Both the position numbers and the translations under genes were made by a program. DNA of 64,000 nucleotides from the human T2T-CHM13v2.0 reference genome, Homo sapiens, in assembly GCF_009914755.1 (NCBI RefSeq), contig NC_060926.1. One strand, 5' to 3'. Shown here piece after piece: positions 58,032 to 64,000 of this stretch (its first letter is position 1; the number at the start of each line of letters is the position of its first letter). The notes below the pieces were generated by a model. The model made no database searches and was not told where the DNA came from. It saw only the letters and a program-made list of their open reading frames with translations.

Positions 58032-58061
58032 GATCACTTCACAAAAGATCACTTCACAAAA
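58032..58061. repeat. Perfect 15-bp tandem duplication in the SOS1 3' UTR
   Basis: gatcacttcacaaaa x2. Confidence 0.95.
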
Positions 58062-58344
58062 AGAGGACTCCTGCCTATTGGCCAGAAAAAGTCCCTTTAT
58101 GATTTTCAGGTGCAATCAGTTGTCCAATTCCTCTAGGTCGGTCTTTCCATATTCTAAACTGGAATACCATTTCCATTGTATAATTACATCTAGGTTAAAA
58201 TTCATTGTCTTATACTGCATCTTGAAGAAGAGTCGTTAGTGTTTGGAGTTCTCATTTTAACTCCTCAGTGCTGGCACATTCAGTGCATCCATTGCCAGCA
58301 ATGGATTTGGGGCTAGGAAAATATACATCCCAGTACAGAGGAAC

Positions 58345-58836
<492 letters not shown>

Positions 58837-58906
58837 CTAACAAATGAAAAGAATAAAATACACATTTATTAATAAATTTATGAAGTATCATGACTATAAG
58901 AATTAA

Positions 58907-59212
<306 letters not shown>

Positions 59213-59987
59213 TAAATGGGAGGTTCTGTCAATTCATAGAAAAAAAAAGTTTGCCGTAGTTTTTACTTAAATTTTTTTCCTCAAAATTTTGTTTGCTACT
59301 GCTTGCTTAGCTTATCACTCAATCTAAGATCATTTCTAATTTAGCATAAAGTACCTATTTTATAATTTTAAGTTAACTATGTTAACATTCATGAAGTTCT
59401 ACAAAGAGTGTCTTGTCTTGACTTATCCTGGTGCTCTGCACTCTGGACAGCTTAAGAACTAATGAATTAAGTTTAACAGCTGGCCAAAAAGAAAAAAACA
59501 AAATTAAATAAGTAGAAATAATAGCTATTTTGAGCCTTTGGGGTCTCTTCCAAACCCAGAATTTTCATGAAAACTCCATTTAAAAGTATGTCAGATTTAC
59601 TATTAAGGGCTCAGATAAGTAAATTTTAGCATATGTCAAAATACAGTTTGACTTATAATGTGCCTTCATACAAAGCTTCAGGACTTTCTCTGTATGCTTT
59701 TAAAGAACTGCTTGAAACCAAATTCCTCTTACTTTACAGATTAAAACTTTTGTTTTTTTCTGAAAATAACCATAGCCTTAGGTTTACAAGGGTCTTGAAT
59801 GCATACCAAAAAACTACCTTCAGAAGAAAGAAACATTACTGCATGCTAAATCTATATGTAATCCTTGTTTAAACTATTAAGCCTGTATACTCTGAAATGT
59901 TAACTTATCCTAGTGAGAACTAAACTAGACAGCCGTTTATTATAATGAACTGTAATGATTCCAATTTCTACACAACAAGATTTCTTA

Positions 59988-60122
<135 letters not shown>

Positions 60123-61793
60123 TTAAATTTTTAAGAAAAAGTCCACAGGAATTTTATTTCATTTATTTACCTTGAAAAGTCTTAGCTGGAAATTGCTTAT
60201 CATTAAAAGTAATGTGTAGAAATACCAAAAGCTGTTCAATAAACCAATACCGAATAGTATTTCATTAAAGCAAACTGCCATAAAAGCATGCAGACATTTT
60301 TTAGCAGAATATTTAGAAAAAAGCTGCCTAAGGTATTCTGTTATTTTGCCTGAACAAAATAACATTCCCATGGTTACTCTATTATTGAAATTTTTAATTG
60401 AGTCTGATTCTCAGATGTCTGGGAGACAGTGAGCTACTGAAAATCTTTGGAATGGTAATTTTTAGATTCTATAATGGGTTCATTTTTTTCTTTGACTTTA
60501 TTAGAATTTATAGAACTTCCCCACCTTACTGGATAGTCCCTGGGAGTAGAGTGTGTGCTCTTAACCACTCTCTCCAATGTCTCTCCCTAGCATTTCTCTC
60601 AAAGGATGCAAGGGAAAGAATCATAGTGTCTAGGTGAGGGGCCTCTCCTCATTTTGTTTAGTTATAGGCTCCCCTTTGCCTGTAAGCAAAAAGAGGCTCA
60701 TTATACTCTAAATCCAAAAATTTTAACGGTGATGGCACTATTCAAGACAACGGAGGCAGCCCTGACCATGAAAACAGAAATTACACTAAAATCTAGTGAA
60801 TCTGATTTAAGAATAAGTTGGTGGACTGGCACAAAAAAAGTAAGTAAAGCTACTAATTAGAACCTCTCTTACAGACATTTATGGTAACAAGAACATAAGG
60901 TAGGCATATAAATACACTTTGGAAAACAACACTTAAGTTAGTTGTTTATACCTACTATAAAAAAAGATGTGAAAAAAATACTTAAACCATCATTCAAAAT
61001 TATAGTTGGCAGTTTTTTTTCCCTTTAAGCATTAAGCTTTTTATTTTGTCATATGTTATAAAATATAGAACTTAAAAAGAGTACTTTGTGTACTGATATT
61101 ATTTAAATGATCAACATTTTGATCACCTACCTTTTTTCTTAAGAATATAGTTAATTCAGCTTGTAACTAGTATTTTCCATTGTACATATTTTGAAATTGT
61201 ATGAAAGGACAGCAAAAAAATATTAGCTTAAATAATTAAAATAATGGAATTTAGTGACTTGTTAGTTTACCTTAAAATTAAAATGGAACTTTATTTTGTT
61301 TATCAGTATTTAGGCTATACTTTGAATAATTACAATTATAAGAAAGTTCTTCTAAAGTCAAAAGCAGTTGTCTATAATCTATCCTGCCATCAGGCTAAGT
61401 ATATTTTGTGATTTAGAAACTGCATGTAGCTGCCAGCATTCCCATATGCGCATGCATGCTCTTGCCTTTTTTTTTTTTTTTTCAAAGTTGAGCATTAAAA
61501 TATACTTAGAACTCTATAGTTGGAAAAAAGAAATGGTTAAATGTGGAAGCCACTTATTTAATATGTTCTTTTAAGAGAGAAACAAGGTTTTATAAAAAGC
61601 ATGAGAAATATATAAATTTAAGCAAATCACTTATGATCTAAAGATAGCACAAGTGAAGGCCTCACTTCTAGGATGTTGCAAGCAAGGTACCAATGCTGCC
61701 AGACCCAAGAAGAGTTTTAGCAGGAAAGGTTACACTTGGTTTGATTTTTAAAGCCAAAGCAAGAATTATGAGTCTTAAACCAAATATACTAAC

Positions 61794-61838
61794 TTGGGCC
61801 ATGGGGCAGAGTAACTTGGATAAAGACGGTATCATTGC
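61794..61838 (-). CDS. SOS1: SOS1 45-nt alternatively spliced exon (SNDTVFIQVTLPHGPR)
   Basis: ttcacag|GC acceptor, A|gttagt donor, phase 1-1; the known 15-aa SOS1 insert. Confidence 0.95.
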
Positions 61839-63529
61839 CTGTGAAAGGAAACAAGAAAAAGTAGATTTTTTTCTTTCATTGATATATTCAACTCATCTGC
61901 AAAAATTTGTATTATGATGAAAATGTTATTGTCATTGTCGTTTTAAAGAATGCTGTAACAGTTTATAGTAAAACCTCATTACTACTTACTTTTGAGAAGA
62001 AAAAAATGATATCATATTGGGAATTTAAGATTCCTTTTAGCTTTACTTGATTTCATAATTATTAAATGAAAAACATTCATAAAAAATCGTATATTACTGA
62101 AAGACTTTTTAAAATGTAGAAACCCAATTCAAGCAAAAAGTTCAGCTGGATGTACATAAATATGCCATTTAGTAAATATTATTTTGAAAACTCAAACTTG
62201 TGAAACAAGTAATAAGTTTATTTTATGTAAGTTGAAAAATAAAAAAGTTACTAACTATATGTCTTTCAAAAATGTTCTTGGGGCATATATTCTCATCACA
62301 AAATAACTAGCACTTTGGATATAAAACAAGCTTGAAATTGATACAGGGTTTTTCCTTTTATAGTCATAAACATTTTTTTTAAAGTCATTAAACATTTGGT
62401 GCCTAGACTCATTTTACATAGGAAATTCTGATAAATTTAAATTTAGAAAGTCTAATTTCAACAATATTAATTATTTTAAGGAAAAAACTGAAAATCAAAA
62501 GCGAAAGCCCCAAGAGCATTAAAGTAGGAAAATTGAGACAAAAAGCTAGGTGATCTATACTGATTCTAAATCAATATAGTTGTTTGTTTGTACAGTGTCT
62601 CATATTAACAACAGATGGAACAGATAACGTTATAACATCCAAGAGACTAAAATAATACTAGACTGTGGTAATTTTTTTTAAATTCAGATTTCGTTTTTTT
62701 TTTTTTGCACAATAGGCAATCCCTCACATAATTTGGAATATTAAGTTTATTCAAGCATATTTGGTCAGAAGGAGGGTGATCTCACATTCCAGATTTCTAG
62801 GCAGCCCTAATTTCAAATAATCTGTCCCATTATCTGATTTCCGTATGTACTGATATTTATTTGGAACCTATGATTCCTAAGTGTAGCAATCCAGCTAATT
62901 CTAATATTACCTTTCAGAAGATTAAAATTCATTTTTCTACTCTGAAATTACATGAAGCTGTTGCTCTGCCGATGATTTTCTTCCCTATTAGCCACCTATA
63001 ATTGAAGATTGCCTGGTTGTAAAAGGGAGCCAGAGATCTGACGTAATAGAGATTAAAGGAGTATCTAGCTCTAGCGTTTACCCTACTTATATATGTCCCA
63101 CTTTTCCTGGAAAAGAAATAAACATATCTCCTGGAGATATGCCTCAAGAACATGATAGTACACTTAATACAATACAGGAATAGGAGTAAAATCAAAACAC
63201 AAGCTCATGACTGTTACAACTATAGTCTTTAATTGTACATATGCATGCACACTTGTGTACACAGATGTAAACTTGGCTTTGAGTATATTTATATATAGCA
63301 CAGGCTTAGACTCATGCATTTGGTAAATTTGGGGCACTAGTTGTCTTATTGCCTGGAAAATACTATAGAAATTCTTTTAGAATTTTACATGCACTAATCA
63401 AGAAATATATGCTAGAAATTCTTGTCAGTTAGATACTGAGTAAATTTACTGATAATGACTTAGAAGTGAAATCTAATTAATTTAAAAAACAGTATTAATT
63501 TATTAAGCATAATCCCAGATGACAGACAA

Positions 63530-63690
63530 ATGGTCCTCAATCTTGGCTGTACATTAGAATCCTATGGGAAGTTTTTAAAAAATACTGATACCAGGTACCA
63601 ATGCCAGTCTAGTGTGGGCTGGGCCTACATATTTTTTTTAAGCTCCTCAACAGATGATACTATACAGTCAGGGTTGAAACCACTCTTAAA
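63530..63690. mobile_element. MER5-like fragment
   Basis: ggtcctcaatcttggctgtacattagaatc...agggttgaaaccact. Confidence 0.6.
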
Positions 63691-64000
63691 GATACTCCCC
63701 AGTTTATAAAGGAGTCATTCTTGATAGAAACAAGCATTTTTCTATAGAAAAAAAAAAAAAGATATGATAGATAACTTCTTAAACTCACAAAAGCCTGGTA
63801 AATGCAAATATATTTGGGATTAGAAACTCATCACCTACACCAATCTTCCAGGAGGAAAAGCCTTGCGTTATCAGCTTGACATACTTGTAATACATTCTTT
63901 TTGTTGTTAAAGAGTCCCCTAAGGGATGGAAATAGAGAAGTCAGACCTCTGACTCCCTTTTATGACCAGGCAATCTTCAAACAGGAAGGTAAAAAGAGCA

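Larger units (their letters stand above)
54070..58344 (-). other. SOS1: SOS1 long 3' UTR (end approximate)
   Basis: AT-rich stretch without obvious Alus after the SOS1 stop; AATAAA on the - strand at 54091-54096 and 57265-57270. Confidence 0.8.

Noticed and set aside
61788-61793. ACTAAC (QKI/branch-point motif) next to the SOS1 45-nt exon
   Set aside because: It is on the antisense strand and is simply the reverse complement of the GTTAGT donor

Overview
Human (primate) genomic DNA that I recognise from the translated exons as chr2p22.1. The + strand carries most of ARHGEF33, a Dbl-family Rho GEF. I traced 13 internal coding exons by splice sites and continuous reading phase (1395 to 38662). 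Two alternative C-terminal exons follow (44386-44437 ending GPWGWW*, and 46230-46359 ending GTAV*), then a 3' UTR to about 47990. The first coding exon(s) lie upstream of the window. The - strand carries the 3' end of SOS1: the 45-nt alternative exon, the penultimate exon, the last coding exon and a 3' UTR of about 4.3 kb. The two genes converge, with ends about 6 kb apart. Introns hold about 25 Alus plus L1, L2, MIR, MaLR, LTR8 and hAT elements. A CpG island covers the largest ARHGEF33 exon and has a long antisense ORF. There are no CRISPR arrays, tRNA/rRNA genes or prokaryotic systems, and almost all short ORFs in the track are repeat or low-complexity artefacts. The best leads concern RNA processing: a C-terminal switch exon that is probably L2-derived and has NMD-escape, RBFOX and recursive-splice features; an intron with staggered U12-like and U2-like sites; a candidate unannotated in-frame SOS1 microexon; and a near-zero-spacer inverted Alu pair. 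There is also a charge-reversed catalytic residue in the DH domain and several local duplication or templated-insertion scars. Repeat boundaries are approximate and subfamily calls were made by eye.
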